Origin: a virus
IMG/VR virus record: IMGVR_UViG_3300021430_000595
DNA: 64,000 bases
Reading direction: 5' to 3' (one strand)
Shown here: piece after piece, positions 8,403-17,466 of the stretch
Numbering within the stretch: the stretch's first letter is position 1
Layout: each line of letters starts with the position of its first letter
Made by a program: the position numbers and the translations under genes
Notes under the pieces: model-generated
The model's input: the letters and a program-made list of their open reading frames with translations, nothing else
What the model was told of the DNA's origin: nothing
The model's database searches: none

Positions 8403-8825
8403 TTACACAGTATGTTCAATTTGTACTCTAACACAATTTTGAGGTAAATGATTAACATGTCTGTAGTTGTTAATATATCCCATGATGTTGGCACTACCAA
8501 TTGCATTTGCTGAATGTGTATAGACATCAACAACATTTTTTCCACTCATCCATCTCTCAACCAACCATTTTGCACAATCATAACCTGTTTTTTCGGTTAT
8601 ATTCTCATAGTTAAGTGTGTAGTTGTGATAAACATTTTTATGCCATTCCTTCATAGCACTATCACCCAAATCGTGGTCTAATGATATACACTCAATATTA
8701 TCTAAACCAATTTTACTTACTGTTTCTACGAACTCATCGTAATTGCGAACAACCACCCAACTTGGGTCAATTGGGGTTCTTACATCGTCAAGGTAGATAC
8801 GGTAAGTTTTTAAATTTTTTCCCAT
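8403..8825 (-). CDS. Cyclic-phosphate-processing receiver-domain protein
   Basis: IYLDDVRTP, ISLDHDLG, TGYDCAKWL and HSAN motifs; lies next to an RNA ligase. Confidence 0.8.
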   Translation of the reverse strand: MGKNLKTYRIYLDDVRTPIDPSWVVVRNYDEFVETVSKIGLDNIECISLDHDLGDSAMKEWHKNVYHNYTLNYENITEKTGYDCAKWLVERWMSGKNVVDVYTHSANAIGSANIMGYINNYRHVNHLPQNCVRVQIEHTV

Positions 8826-9583
8826 AACAAATTTTTAAATTTTTTTTCTTTTATTCCTTTATAGATTAACCCACATGACATGTTTAAACCGATAATTGCA
8901 TCCCCAATTGAATTAAAAATTGTTATATTGTTAGTTAGTAGACAAGTTACTTTTAATTCAATTGGTTTAACACCTCGTTTTTTTAATGGGGTTGGTTTGA
9001 AATCATTTTTTTCATTCTCATAACACCACAAAAAACCTAATGCCGAAGGTAACTTTTTTTTAAGACAATTTGTTATCGATGTGGTATAATTACTGTTTAA
9101 TGATTTTGCCGCTTCTTGTAAACTATTGTGAACCATAATAAAATTACCATCTTTATCGAACTGACATATTTTTTTATATTGTGATTCCTTTATTTTTTGG
9201 TTAGTGTCATTACTTCTCTTATGTCCCATGTGACTCACACTTAATTTTCTCTTAGTTTCGTCAGATAACTTAATTCCCAAATTACTATTAACAATTAATC
9301 TTTTGTTGTAACCATAATTGGGGTTGTTCGCATTAAGTGTTTCAATCCAATATTTCTCTTTTAACAATAATTCATTTATATTGGTGATTTCAATAATCTC
9401 ATATTGAAAATTTTCAATCCCATACATATTAAATGACGATTGTAAATGACTATTGTAATGTTTATTATTCTTTAATAGTCTTTTATGTGTTTTAAATCTA
9501 TTATTAATATTAATTGCACTACCAACATAAACTTTATTATTTTTTATGTTTGTAATTTTATACACCCCAATTATTTTTTTCAT
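8810..9583 (-). mobile_element. Free-standing GIY-YIG homing endonuclease with NUMOD3/NUMOD1-like domains
   Basis: GVYKITN...YVGSA...R...H; KLSDETKRKLS; KICQFDKDG...NSLQEAAK...GFLW. Confidence 0.9.
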
Positions 9584-9646
9584 AAAATTGTTTTATCATA
9601 AATATTAAAATTTAAGAAAAAAAAAACAATATCGTCTAAATATATT

Positions 9647-10717
9647 TTATACTTCATTTTTTTTAAAAGGTTTTGAGTATTTTGGGTAAAGTAATTTCCA
9701 TATTTGTTCTGAATATTCTTTACCGTCTAACATTGAAAATAAAATACCCGGATGTTTGTATTTTTTTGCATATTCTGCAAACACCGCTCTATTTTCAACA
9801 TTTGGTACTCTATTAATTATTTTGAATATCCATTTGTATTCGTTATCTAATGTCGCGTATTGAGTCAAAAAATTCTCCTTGGTTTCCCTAACCCAATTAT
9901 AGAATTCGTCCGGTACCTTTTCAATAATCTCATCCAAAGGTTTACCTTCTTTTAGGTATTCCCATATGTCACGATTAGAGATGTTGGTCAATATTCTATG
10001 TAAACGAACATACTCCTCAAACTTTATTTTCATTCTAAAATTTGATGGATAGAATCGTATAACGAACCCTTCTTTGTTTGGTGAGTTTAATTGTTTATAA
10101 ACATCAAACGTGTTCTTGTTGAAGGTTACCATTGAACTCTCAACTATATCCTCTTCTTTAATCTCTGACGAGTGAAAAATTGCACGTGCAGTACCCCAAT
10201 TTAACTCACCTTCTGAAGGTCTTGTAACTGTTAAGAATGTGATTTTCTCACAACCGTAATCGATTACAATCCTATTCTCGGGATAAATTATTTCACACAA
10301 ATATGTGAATTCCTTGTAGAATTTATCTAAATCATATTTTGATTTTAGAATTTGCATTCCACGTATAGACTGTTCGGAGGTAAATGAACCTCTGGTTGCC
10401 ATTATCCATTCCCCATCGTAGAAAAAAAGAATACCTAACGAACCGTCCATTTTATCTTGTATGTATGCATATTCACTATCCCACGGAATTAAGTTTTTAT
10501 CAATCACTTCTTCGTAATTGAAGAACTTACCGAATGGTTCTGCAACAATGTTTCCTTGACTGTCAGTTATAAGTCCGCGACAACGCATGGTAATATCATC
10601 CCACAAAGATTCATATTGAACTTTTGGTGAATAATTCCAAATCAATAGGTCTTTGGTTGGGTGGGATTGTTTTTGTAACAATCCATCTTCATGATATTTT
10701 ATTAATATTTCAATCAT
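9647..10717 (-). CDS. rnlA: T4 Rnl1/RnlA-like RNA ligase
   Basis: CRGLI, PFGKFFNY, motif I KMDGSLG, EGFV, MKIK. Likely start is ATG 10717. Confidence 0.9.
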   Translation of the reverse strand: MIEILIKYHEDGLLQKQSHPTKDLLIWNYSPKVQYESLWDDITMRCRGLITDSQGNIVAEPFGKFFNYEEVIDKNLIPWDSEYAYIQDKMDGSLGILFFYDGEWIMATRGSFTSEQSIRGMQILKSKYDLDKFYKEFTYLCEIIYPENRIVIDYGCEKITFLTVTRPSEGELNWGTARAIFHSSEIKEEDIVESSMVTFNKNTFDVYKQLNSPNKEGFVIRFYPSNFRMKIKFEEYVRLHRILTNISNRDIWEYLKEGKPLDEIIEKVPDEFYNWVRETKENFLTQYATLDNEYKWIFKIINRVPNVENRAVFAEYAKKYKHPGILFSMLDGKEYSEQIWKLLYPKYSKPFKKNEV

Positions 10718-10719
10718 AA

Positions 10720-10830
10720 TTATTTTTTCGTTTCCAAACGAATCCACCACATTTTCTTGTTGGGTGATTTAATACGTTTCTTATCCCATTTATTTTTAAT
10801 TCGTCTTCCGCCATCACAGTCGTCCCCCAT
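10720..10830 (-). CDS. 36-aa basic small protein MGDDCDGGRRIKNKWDKKRIKSPNKKMWWIRLETKK
   Basis: Fills the gap between the kinase and ligase genes with ATG and TAA; not in the ORF track. Confidence 0.4.
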   Translation of the reverse strand: MGDDCDGGRRIKNKWDKKRIKSPNKKMWWIRLETKK

Positions 10831-10837
10831 TCTTTTA

Positions 10838-11251
10838 TTACAAGGAAACGTCAAAACGATTTTTCATAATTTCTAACTTTTCGTCCGGTACTCCGTGAAC
10901 ATTATTACCGCCGTGTCTATTTTCAACAATAAGGGTATGTACACGATAACCGTATCTTTCTGCCATTTCAAAATATGGTTTCATTTCCCACTCTTGGGTA
11001 AATGTATTCGCAACCACAATCCTAATAACACCATTCATCATTAGGTTAGCACATCTTTGTTGACAGTCATTATGTGCTTCCTTTAATTTTTCAAAATCAA
11101 AGTTATATGTACCATCGGGCTTGGTGAAATAATCATCCGCAGACAATGGTTTTAGGTTGTTATTTGGTAGATATAAAATAACCTCACCTAATGTTGATTT
11201 ACCTGAACCCGGTAAACCCCTCAACAAAATTAAATCTTTTGGGAAATTCAT
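10838..11251 (-). CDS. P-loop polynucleotide kinase-like protein (AAA_33 type)
   Basis: LRGLPGSGKST, SADDYF, NTF, HGVP. Likely start is ATG 11251. Confidence 0.85.
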   Translation of the reverse strand: MNFPKDLILLRGLPGSGKSTLGEVILYLPNNNLKPLSADDYFTKPDGTYNFDFEKLKEAHNDCQQRCANLMMNGVIRIVVANTFTQEWEMKPYFEMAERYGYRVHTLIVENRHGGNNVHGVPDEKLEIMKNRFDVSL

Positions 11252-11267
11252 AATACTGGTATTTTTA

Positions 11268-11275
11268 CAAATATA
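11268..11275 (-). promoter_or_regulatory. Bacteroidota-type -7 promoter TATATTTG for the RNA-repair operon
   Basis: Exact TAnnTTTG about 16 nt upstream of the kinase ATG. Confidence 0.65.
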
Positions 11276-11295
11276 CAATTTTTTTTCGACAGTTC

Positions 11296-11330
11296 AAAAA
11301 AAAAAATCCCCCAACGGTTTGTTGGGGGAT
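11296..11330 (-). terminator. Intrinsic terminator downstream of clpC and the candidate sRNA
   Basis: ATCCCCCAAC-loop-GTTGGGGGAT stem followed by a long T tract on the minus strand; coordinates approximate. Confidence 0.85.
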
Positions 11331-11437
11331 GTGGTCATTTTTGTGGTTTCAAGGCCACAGACTAAAAACGTGAGGATATCGGCAAAGATGTCCTGTGTGA
11401 ATATAAATATATATGATTTTTAGAAAAGTGTAAATAT

Positions 11438-13456
11438 TTACCCCTTTTTCTTAAAAATTTTTATTTCACCGTCTTTGAACTTCAGATTTACACCTTCATT
11501 TTCTTTAATGTCATTACGAAGAATCGCATCACTTAGAAAATCTTCACAAAGATTTTGAATGATTCTTTTAATTGGTCTAGCACCAAAATCTTCTTGTGTA
11601 TTTAATTCTGAAATTCTCTCGACAATCGTTTTATCAAAAGAAATTTTGTAGTTCTTCTCTTTAAGTCTTGAAATTAGTTTATCCAATTCGATACCAATAA
11701 TCTTATGGATTGTTTCTTTATTTAAAGAATTGAAACTAATAATATCGTCAATTCTGTTTAAAAATTCGGGGTTGAAGTGTTGTTTAAGTGATTTTTGAAC
11801 TATAGATTTTTTAACCTCATAGTTTTGTGTGTCACTAAATGATGTGTTAAATCCAACACCTTTACCAAACTCAGATACTTTTTTAGCACCAATGTTTGAT
11901 GTCATAATCACAATTGTGTTTGTGAAGTTAATCTTTCTTCCAAAAGAATCTGTTAAATGTCCTTCATCTAAAATCTGTAGAAGGATGTTGAACACATCTT
12001 TATGTGCTTTTTCAACCTCATCAAATAGGACAACCGCAAATGGGTTATTTTTGATTTTTTCGGTTAATTGACCACCTTCGTCATAACCAACATAACCCGG
12101 AGGAGAACCGATTAATTTTGCAACATTGTGTTTCTCCATATATTCACTCATATCTACACGGATTACTTTTTCAGGGTCTCCAAATAACACCTCAGCAATT
12201 GTTTTTGCCAAGTAAGTTTTACCGACACCTGTTGAACCTAAGAAGATAAATGAACCAATTGGTTTGTTTGCATCTTTAATACCAACACGATTTCTTCTGA
12301 TTGATTTTGAAATGATTGAGATTGCTTCATCTTGACCAATTACCTTAGATTTTAATCTTTCCTCAAGTGCCAATAAGTTGTTAATCTCGTTACTGTCCAC
12401 TTTTGAAATTGGTACACCCGTCATTTGTGAAACAATTTCATAAACATCATTTACCGTAACAGGAACTTTATTATTCTTTTGAGATTCTAACCACTTCTTT
12501 TTCTCATCCTCAAGTTTAGTGGTGATTTTCCTTTCTTCATCTCTTAGTTTTGCAGCTTGCTCATAGTTCTGACTTTTAACAACTTGAATCTTTCTTTCTT
12601 TAATTTCGTCAGATTCTTTTTTAAGTTTTTCTATTGATTCAGGAATTTTTGTGTTGATTTTTTTATCAGAACCTAATTCGTCTAAAATGTCAATCGCCTT
12701 ATCAGGAAATTGTCTATCGGTGATGTATCTTGAAGATAGATTCACAATAGTTTCAGTGACACCATCTTCGTAATGTACTTTATGGAAACTCTCATATGAA
12801 CCTTTTAGATTGTTTAATATCTGTATGGTTTCATTTTTTGATGGTTCTTTTAAGACAATTTTTTGGAATCGTCTAACTAATGCGGCATCCTTTTCAATGT
12901 GTTTTTTAAACTCATCGAATGTTGTTGCTCCAATACATTGTATTTCACCTCTAGCCAATGCAGGTTTTAAAATATTTGCTGCGTCCATTGAACCACTAGC
13001 ATTACCCGCACCAACCATTGTGTGTATTTCATCTATAAAAACAATCACATTTGGTTCGTTTTGTAGTTCATTTAGAATTGCTTTAATTCTTTCTTCAAAC
13101 TGACCCCTGTACTTTGTACCGGCAACTAATGAGGTTAAATCTAAAGACATTATTCTTTTATCTAAAAGGTTTGATGGGCATTCACCTTTTACAATTAATA
13201 ATGCTAGTTTTTCAACCAATGCTGATTTACCAACACCAGCATCACCTACGATAACTACATTGTTCTTTTTCTTTCTTGATAGGATTTGTGCGATTCTCTT
13301 AACTTCAGAATCCCTACCAACAACGGGGTCAATTTTACCTTCCTCTGCTAATTTATTCAAGTCTCTTGAAAAATTATCAAGTATTGGAGTGGTTGAACCT
13401 TTTCTTGTCTTTTTTGGGTTTGATACTTGACCCTCTTCAAAAAAATCTACTGACAT
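11438..13456 (-). CDS. clpC: ClpC-like AAA+ chaperone lacking the N-terminal Clp repeat domain
   Basis: GDAGVGKS, FIDEIH, UVR-like QNYEQAAKLRDEE, GSTGVGKT, GSPPGYVGY, FDEVEKAH, GVGF loop, GARP. Confidence 0.92.
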   Translation of the reverse strand: MSVDFFEEGQVSNPKKTRKGSTTPILDNFSRDLNKLAEEGKIDPVVGRDSEVKRIAQILSRKKKNNVVIVGDAGVGKSALVEKLALLIVKGECPSNLLDKRIMSLDLTSLVAGTKYRGQFEERIKAILNELQNEPNVIVFIDEIHTMVGAGNASGSMDAANILKPALARGEIQCIGATTFDEFKKHIEKDAALVRRFQKIVLKEPSKNETIQILNNLKGSYESFHKVHYEDGVTETIVNLSSRYITDRQFPDKAIDILDELGSDKKINTKIPESIEKLKKESDEIKERKIQVVKSQNYEQAAKLRDEERKITTKLEDEKKKWLESQKNNKVPVTVNDVYEIVSQMTGVPISKVDSNEINNLLALEERLKSKVIGQDEAISIISKSIRRNRVGIKDANKPIGSFIFLGSTGVGKTYLAKTIAEVLFGDPEKVIRVDMSEYMEKHNVAKLIGSPPGYVGYDEGGQLTEKIKNNPFAVVLFDEVEKAHKDVFNILLQILDEGHLTDSFGRKINFTNTIVIMTSNIGAKKVSEFGKGVGFNTSFSDTQNYEVKKSIVQKSLKQHFNPEFLNRIDDIISFNSLNKETIHKIIGIELDKLISRLKEKNYKISFDKTIVERISELNTQEDFGARPIKRIIQNLCEDFLSDAILRNDIKENEGVNLKFKDGEIKIFKKKG

Positions 13457-13500
13457 GTTAAATTACTTTTTGTAAGTATACGGAAAATTATTTCAAAAAA

Positions 13501-13602
13501 CAAATAATAGACATTTTTTCAGTTGTATAAAGATATAACTGTCATATTGTCTATTTTTCTTATTTGGTGCATCATTTGATTATCCTTTTTTAAAAAAAGG
13601 AT
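13501..13602 (+). promoter_or_regulatory. hsp20 upstream control region: inverted repeat, sigma54-like box and RBS hairpin
   Basis: Imperfect palindrome 13501-13566; GG-N10-GA at 13566-13579; ATCCTTTTT/AAAAAGGAT hairpin at 13582-13602. Confidence 0.45.
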
Positions 13603-13607
13603 TAACT

Positions 13608-13976
13608 ATGATAACAAGAAACAAGAACCTGTACAAAGATGTGTTAGACACATTCTTTGACTACCCATCTATCATGGGTGAAACTTCAACAAAAATAATC
13701 AAAGAGGATGGAGAATACCAAATTTATTTTGCCGTTCCCGGATTGACTAAAAATGATTTGACAATTTCGGTTAAAGATGGTTATCTCACGGTATCTCATA
13801 AAAAGGAGTTAAATGAAAAGAATCATTCCTTCGTTTCTTCATTTAAAAAGACATATCAACTACCTGATGATGTTGATGATAAACTAATCACGGGTAAAGT
13901 TGAAAATGGTGTACTAGAAATAAGACTCCCAAAAACAGAGAAAAAATCCTCAGAACGATTAATTTCCCTGAATTAA
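13608..13976 (+). CDS. hsp20: Small heat-shock protein (Hsp20/alpha-crystallin)
   Basis: AVPGL.K, F.K...LPDDVD, ENGVLEIRLPK. Confidence 0.92.
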   Translation: MITRNKNLYKDVLDTFFDYPSIMGETSTKIIKEDGEYQIYFAVPGLTKNDLTISVKDGYLTVSHKKELNEKNHSFVSSFKKTYQLPDDVDDKLITGKVENGVLEIRLPKTEKKSSERLISLN

Positions 13977-13979
13977 ATC

Positions 13980-14004
13980 AAACCCCGAGTAATCGGGGTT
14001 TTTT
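13980..14004 (+). terminator. Intrinsic terminator after hsp20
   Basis: AAACCCCGA-GTAA-TCGGGGTTT followed by T tract. Confidence 0.85.
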
Positions 14005-14048
14005 ATTTGATATTTATTATTTATATTATTCCAAATAAAAAAAACAAT

Positions 14049-14294
14049 ATGGGAATTATTTCTGAAAAAATTGAAGGTAAGATTATTGAAGTTCAAATTT
14101 CGTCTTCTAATCTTAAAGGTGCAAAATACAACACAGAAGATAAAAATCTTTTGGTGGAATTTAATAATGGTGCTATTTATGAGTATGAAGAAGTCCCTTG
14201 GGAGGTCTTCACTAAATTTAGAATGGCGGAATCACAGGGTAGTTTTTTTAGTAAAAACATGTCCAAAGCATACAAATACAAAAAGGTCAAATGA
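14049..14294 (+). CDS. KTSC-domain protein
   Basis: SSNL...Y......L.VEF.NG..YEY..VP......F..AESQGSFF. Likely start is ATG 14049. Confidence 0.85.
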   Translation: MGIISEKIEGKIIEVQISSSNLKGAKYNTEDKNLLVEFNNGAIYEYEEVPWEVFTKFRMAESQGSFFSKNMSKAYKYKKVK

Positions 14295-15070
14295 GTATAA
14301 TAAGTGAACTTATTGAGGATATGAAAAAAGACAAAGAGATTATGAAATCCTTTGTCCCTAAAGATTCTTTATCTAAAGAAATTTTTGATAAGGATGGTGA
14401 TTCTTATGTTATAAAAGAAGAAATTAGAGAAAAATTACTTCAAATTACTAATGAGTTTTTATCTTTTTTGGGTATCGATTTTTTCATATACGATATACAT
14501 TTTACCGGTTCTTTAGCAAACTATAATTGGTCTAGTTATTCTGATTTAGACATACATATTATGGTTGATTTAGATGAATTTAGTAACGGTAAAGAAGATA
14601 GTTCTACATATAACGAAATAGTTAGGGAATTCTTTGAATTAAAAAAGAAAGCTTGGGCATCATCAAACGATATTAAAGTTAAAGGTTTTGAAGTTGAGTT
14701 TTATGTTCAGGATATTGACGATAAAGCGGTGTCAACAGGAGTTTACTCTATTCTTAATAATGAATGGGTTATAGAACCGGAAAGGGGTGAACACAACATA
14801 GACGAGGAAAAAATATTAAAAAAAGGTGAAGAATATGCAAAATCAATAGATGGTCTATTGAGTAAAGCGAAAGATGGTGAAGATGTGACAAAACAAGTTG
14901 ATGAACTAAAGAGTAAGTTAAAGAAGTTCAGACAATCGGGTTTAGAGAGTGGTGGTGAGTATTCTTATGAGAATCTAACTTTTAAATTATTAAGAAGAAA
15001 CGGGTATATTGAAAAATTGTTCAAGATAAAAACATTTGTGAGAAATAAGAAATTATCACTTCCACAATAA
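14291..15070 (+). CDS. Pol-beta-fold nucleotidyltransferase-like protein
   Basis: FTGSLANYNWSSYSDLDIHI (GS..DxD) plus downstream VEFYVQD. Confidence 0.7.
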   Translation: MSIISELIEDMKKDKEIMKSFVPKDSLSKEIFDKDGDSYVIKEEIREKLLQITNEFLSFLGIDFFIYDIHFTGSLANYNWSSYSDLDIHIMVDLDEFSNGKEDSSTYNEIVREFFELKKKAWASSNDIKVKGFEVEFYVQDIDDKAVSTGVYSILNNEWVIEPERGEHNIDEEKILKKGEEYAKSIDGLLSKAKDGEDVTKQVDELKSKLKKFRQSGLESGGEYSYENLTFKLLRRNGYIEKLFKIKTFVRNKKLSLPQ

Positions 15071-15146
15071 ATAACCCGAATTTTTTTCCATATATGCATG
15101 TATTTATAGGATACAAGAATAATATAATTATCAATATTTAAAAAAA

Positions 15147-16136
15147 ATGGCAGACATAAAACCATTAGGTAGTGAAAAACTTCAAGGTGACGATAAATTA
15201 AAGCGTATCCTTGAGTTAACGTATTACGGTAATGATAAAAAATCATCAACCACCAAAACATCATCAACATCTAAAACTGAATACTTATCAGAATCTGTTG
15301 GTGGATTTAAGTATGGTATCGTTAAAGAGAAAGACGGATACTATGTAAAAAAAGGTTTGAATGAAAGTTCACTTGATTACATTGGTGGTCTTTTCATGAA
15401 AAATAAAAATAGATTTAACTCATATGCTGAGGCTCTTAAAAGATTAGAACTATTAAGTGGTTCTGAATTAAATGAAGCCACAAAGTATGTGTTAAAACAA
15501 AAACCTTCAACCGAAGCAACAACAGATATGCCAGCGGTAACAGGTGATGTACCACCTCCACCGGCCGATATACCACCAGCACCTGAAGATACTACTTTAC
15601 CTGATACAGGTATGGAAGAACCTTCAATGGATGCAGGTATGGAAGAACCTTCATCAGAAATGGGTGCTAAACCATCAGATTACATGTCTGAAATTCAAAA
15701 GTTCTCAGGTAAGTTAGGTCAAGAGTTGAGAGACCAAAAAGAAAAAATGGAAAGTGATGATATTAAGTATGTACTTAATATGATTATCTCAGCTGTTGAT
15801 TTAGATAAACTTGACGATGAAGATATCGAAGAAATCGGTAAGAAGTTTGACAGAGATGTTGAATCTGATGCTGAGATGGGTGATGAAATGCCAGATGTCC
15901 CTGCTGATGATGAAACCACTCCCGCAGAACCAACAGGTGATGAGGAATTAGGTGAAATTCACGCAATGGACAAATTGGAAGATTTTATAAACACACCAGT
16001 ATCCACTGATGAAATCGATTTATCTAAATATTCTGATTTAGGTAGTTTAGACGAAACTAAAGAAATTGATTTAGATGAAATTAAAAACGAAATCAACAAA
16101 AGTATAGCTGAAACTTTAGGTAAATACTTTAAGTAA
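15147..16136 (+). CDS. Hypothetical acidic protein, probable head-associated
   Basis: TATTTAT at 15101; LSES/LNES/LNEA motifs; P/D/E-rich linkers. Confidence 0.55.
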   Translation: MADIKPLGSEKLQGDDKLKRILELTYYGNDKKSSTTKTSSTSKTEYLSESVGGFKYGIVKEKDGYYVKKGLNESSLDYIGGLFMKNKNRFNSYAEALKRLELLSGSELNEATKYVLKQKPSTEATTDMPAVTGDVPPPPADIPPAPEDTTLPDTGMEEPSMDAGMEEPSSEMGAKPSDYMSEIQKFSGKLGQELRDQKEKMESDDIKYVLNMIISAVDLDKLDDEDIEEIGKKFDRDVESDAEMGDEMPDVPADDETTPAEPTGDEELGEIHAMDKLEDFINTPVSTDEIDLSKYSDLGSLDETKEIDLDEIKNEINKSIAETLGKYFK

Positions 16137-16137
16137 T

Positions 16138-16539
16138 ATGCGTCTTATATATGTTAATGAAATCGGAACCGATTATAAAGGTCAAAAACAGTATGAATTC
16201 ATTTTTAGTGAATCAACTGAGATTGACATGGACGAATGGTTTGACGTACCGGCTTCATCGACAGTAAGTTCGAAATCTCCCCATGTAGAATATATAGACC
16301 AAGTTGGTCTTCTTAAAGACACCGACATAGTTTTTGAATTAATACAAAATTCGGACTATTTCGGTGTTATTGATGCTGTGGACGGTATAATTGCGATGGC
16401 GTGGGAAAAATCAAATTTTGATTTGGACGAAGATAGATTGTATTTCCGTTTTGGTGAAACATATGAAAATGTTTCAAAAAAATTAAAACAAAGAGGTATA
16501 ACTCTTGACAAAAAAGATTTAAAAGTCAAAAAATCATGA
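16138..16539 (+). CDS. Hypothetical protein
   Basis: 133-aa ORF in the operon. Confidence 0.6.
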   Translation: MRLIYVNEIGTDYKGQKQYEFIFSESTEIDMDEWFDVPASSTVSSKSPHVEYIDQVGLLKDTDIVFELIQNSDYFGVIDAVDGIIAMAWEKSNFDLDEDRLYFRFGETYENVSKKLKQRGITLDKKDLKVKKS

Positions 16540-17462
16540 ATAGAAAAATAACTATTGAAAAATTATTGAAGGAGGGTTTTACTGAAAAAACTCTTTCACG
16601 TTTAAGTGATAAAGAATTAACAACTTTATCTAATACAGTGTTAAAAGAAGAGTCTGCAGGTTCTCTTGTTATGAAAAAAGCTACAACTCCACCCGCAGAA
16701 GTAAAAAAATATACAGATGCCGGTTTTAATGTGGAATTGAGAGAAAAGAAAGATTCGGGTGTTTGTCCTGTTTGCGGTATGAAAAATTGCAAATGCGATG
16801 ACAAAAAACACAAGGAAATTAAAGAGGAAAAACCATCTGCAGGACTTTCAAAAGAAAAGAAAAGTGAAGTAGTTAAGAAAGCAAAAAAAGGTGAAGATAT
16901 AGGAAAGAAAGGTAAATCATTTAAAGACATTGAGAAAAAGGCGAAAGAAAGTGGTGCTAAAGACCCTAAAGCGGTTGCGGCTGCAGCTATGTGGAAAAAT
17001 GTTCAGAGAGAAAATGTTTCTGAAGTTGAGGAATGGGTATTAGATTTGGCAGAATCAAAATACACACAATTCACATCAAAAAACGATATCATGAATGTAA
17101 TTAATGAAAAAATGGAGACATTCCAACCAATGCCAACTTCAAAAGCGAAAAGAGGACATAACAATGTCCCTGAGTTTATGACTTATGATTCAATTGTTGG
17201 AACTCAACCTTCACCATCACAACCCGACATAGATACACCTGTTAAACCAAAAACCCCTGAAAAACCGGTTAAACCGAGAACACCATACGAACCGGGACCG
17301 GGTACAAACCCTAAACCGAAAGCAACATCACCATCAAAACCTGATGTTGATACTCCGGTTAAACCAAAAACACCTGTAAAACCGGTTAAACCGAGAACAC
17401 CATACGAACCGGGACCTGGTACGAACCCTAAACCAAAAGCGTTAGCTGAAAAGAAAAAATAA
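16536..17462 (+). CDS. Hypothetical Lys/Pro-rich protein with CxxC-x4-CxC and a duplicated 39-aa Pro-rich unit
   Basis: CPVCGMKNCKC; tandem repeat near the C-terminus. Confidence 0.6.
   Translation: MNRKITIEKLLKEGFTEKTLSRLSDKELTTLSNTVLKEESAGSLVMKKATTPPAEVKKYTDAGFNVELREKKDSGVCPVCGMKNCKCDDKKHKEIKEEKPSAGLSKEKKSEVVKKAKKGEDIGKKGKSFKDIEKKAKESGAKDPKAVAAAAMWKNVQRENVSEVEEWVLDLAESKYTQFTSKNDIMNVINEKMETFQPMPTSKAKRGHNNVPEFMTYDSIVGTQPSPSQPDIDTPVKPKTPEKPVKPRTPYEPGPGTNPKPKATSPSKPDVDTPVKPKTPVKPVKPRTPYEPGPGTNPKPKALAEKKK
17211..17441 (+). repeat. Two-copy 117-bp in-frame tandem repeat
   Basis: SPSxPDxDTPVKPKTPxKPVKPRTPYEPGPGTNPKPKA twice, units starting at 17211 and 17328. Confidence 0.9.
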
Positions 17463-17466
17463 TAAA

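Noticed and set aside
8810-9583. Group I intron around the GIY-YIG gene
   Set aside because: The flanking genes are separate complete ORFs and there is no room for a ribozyme core
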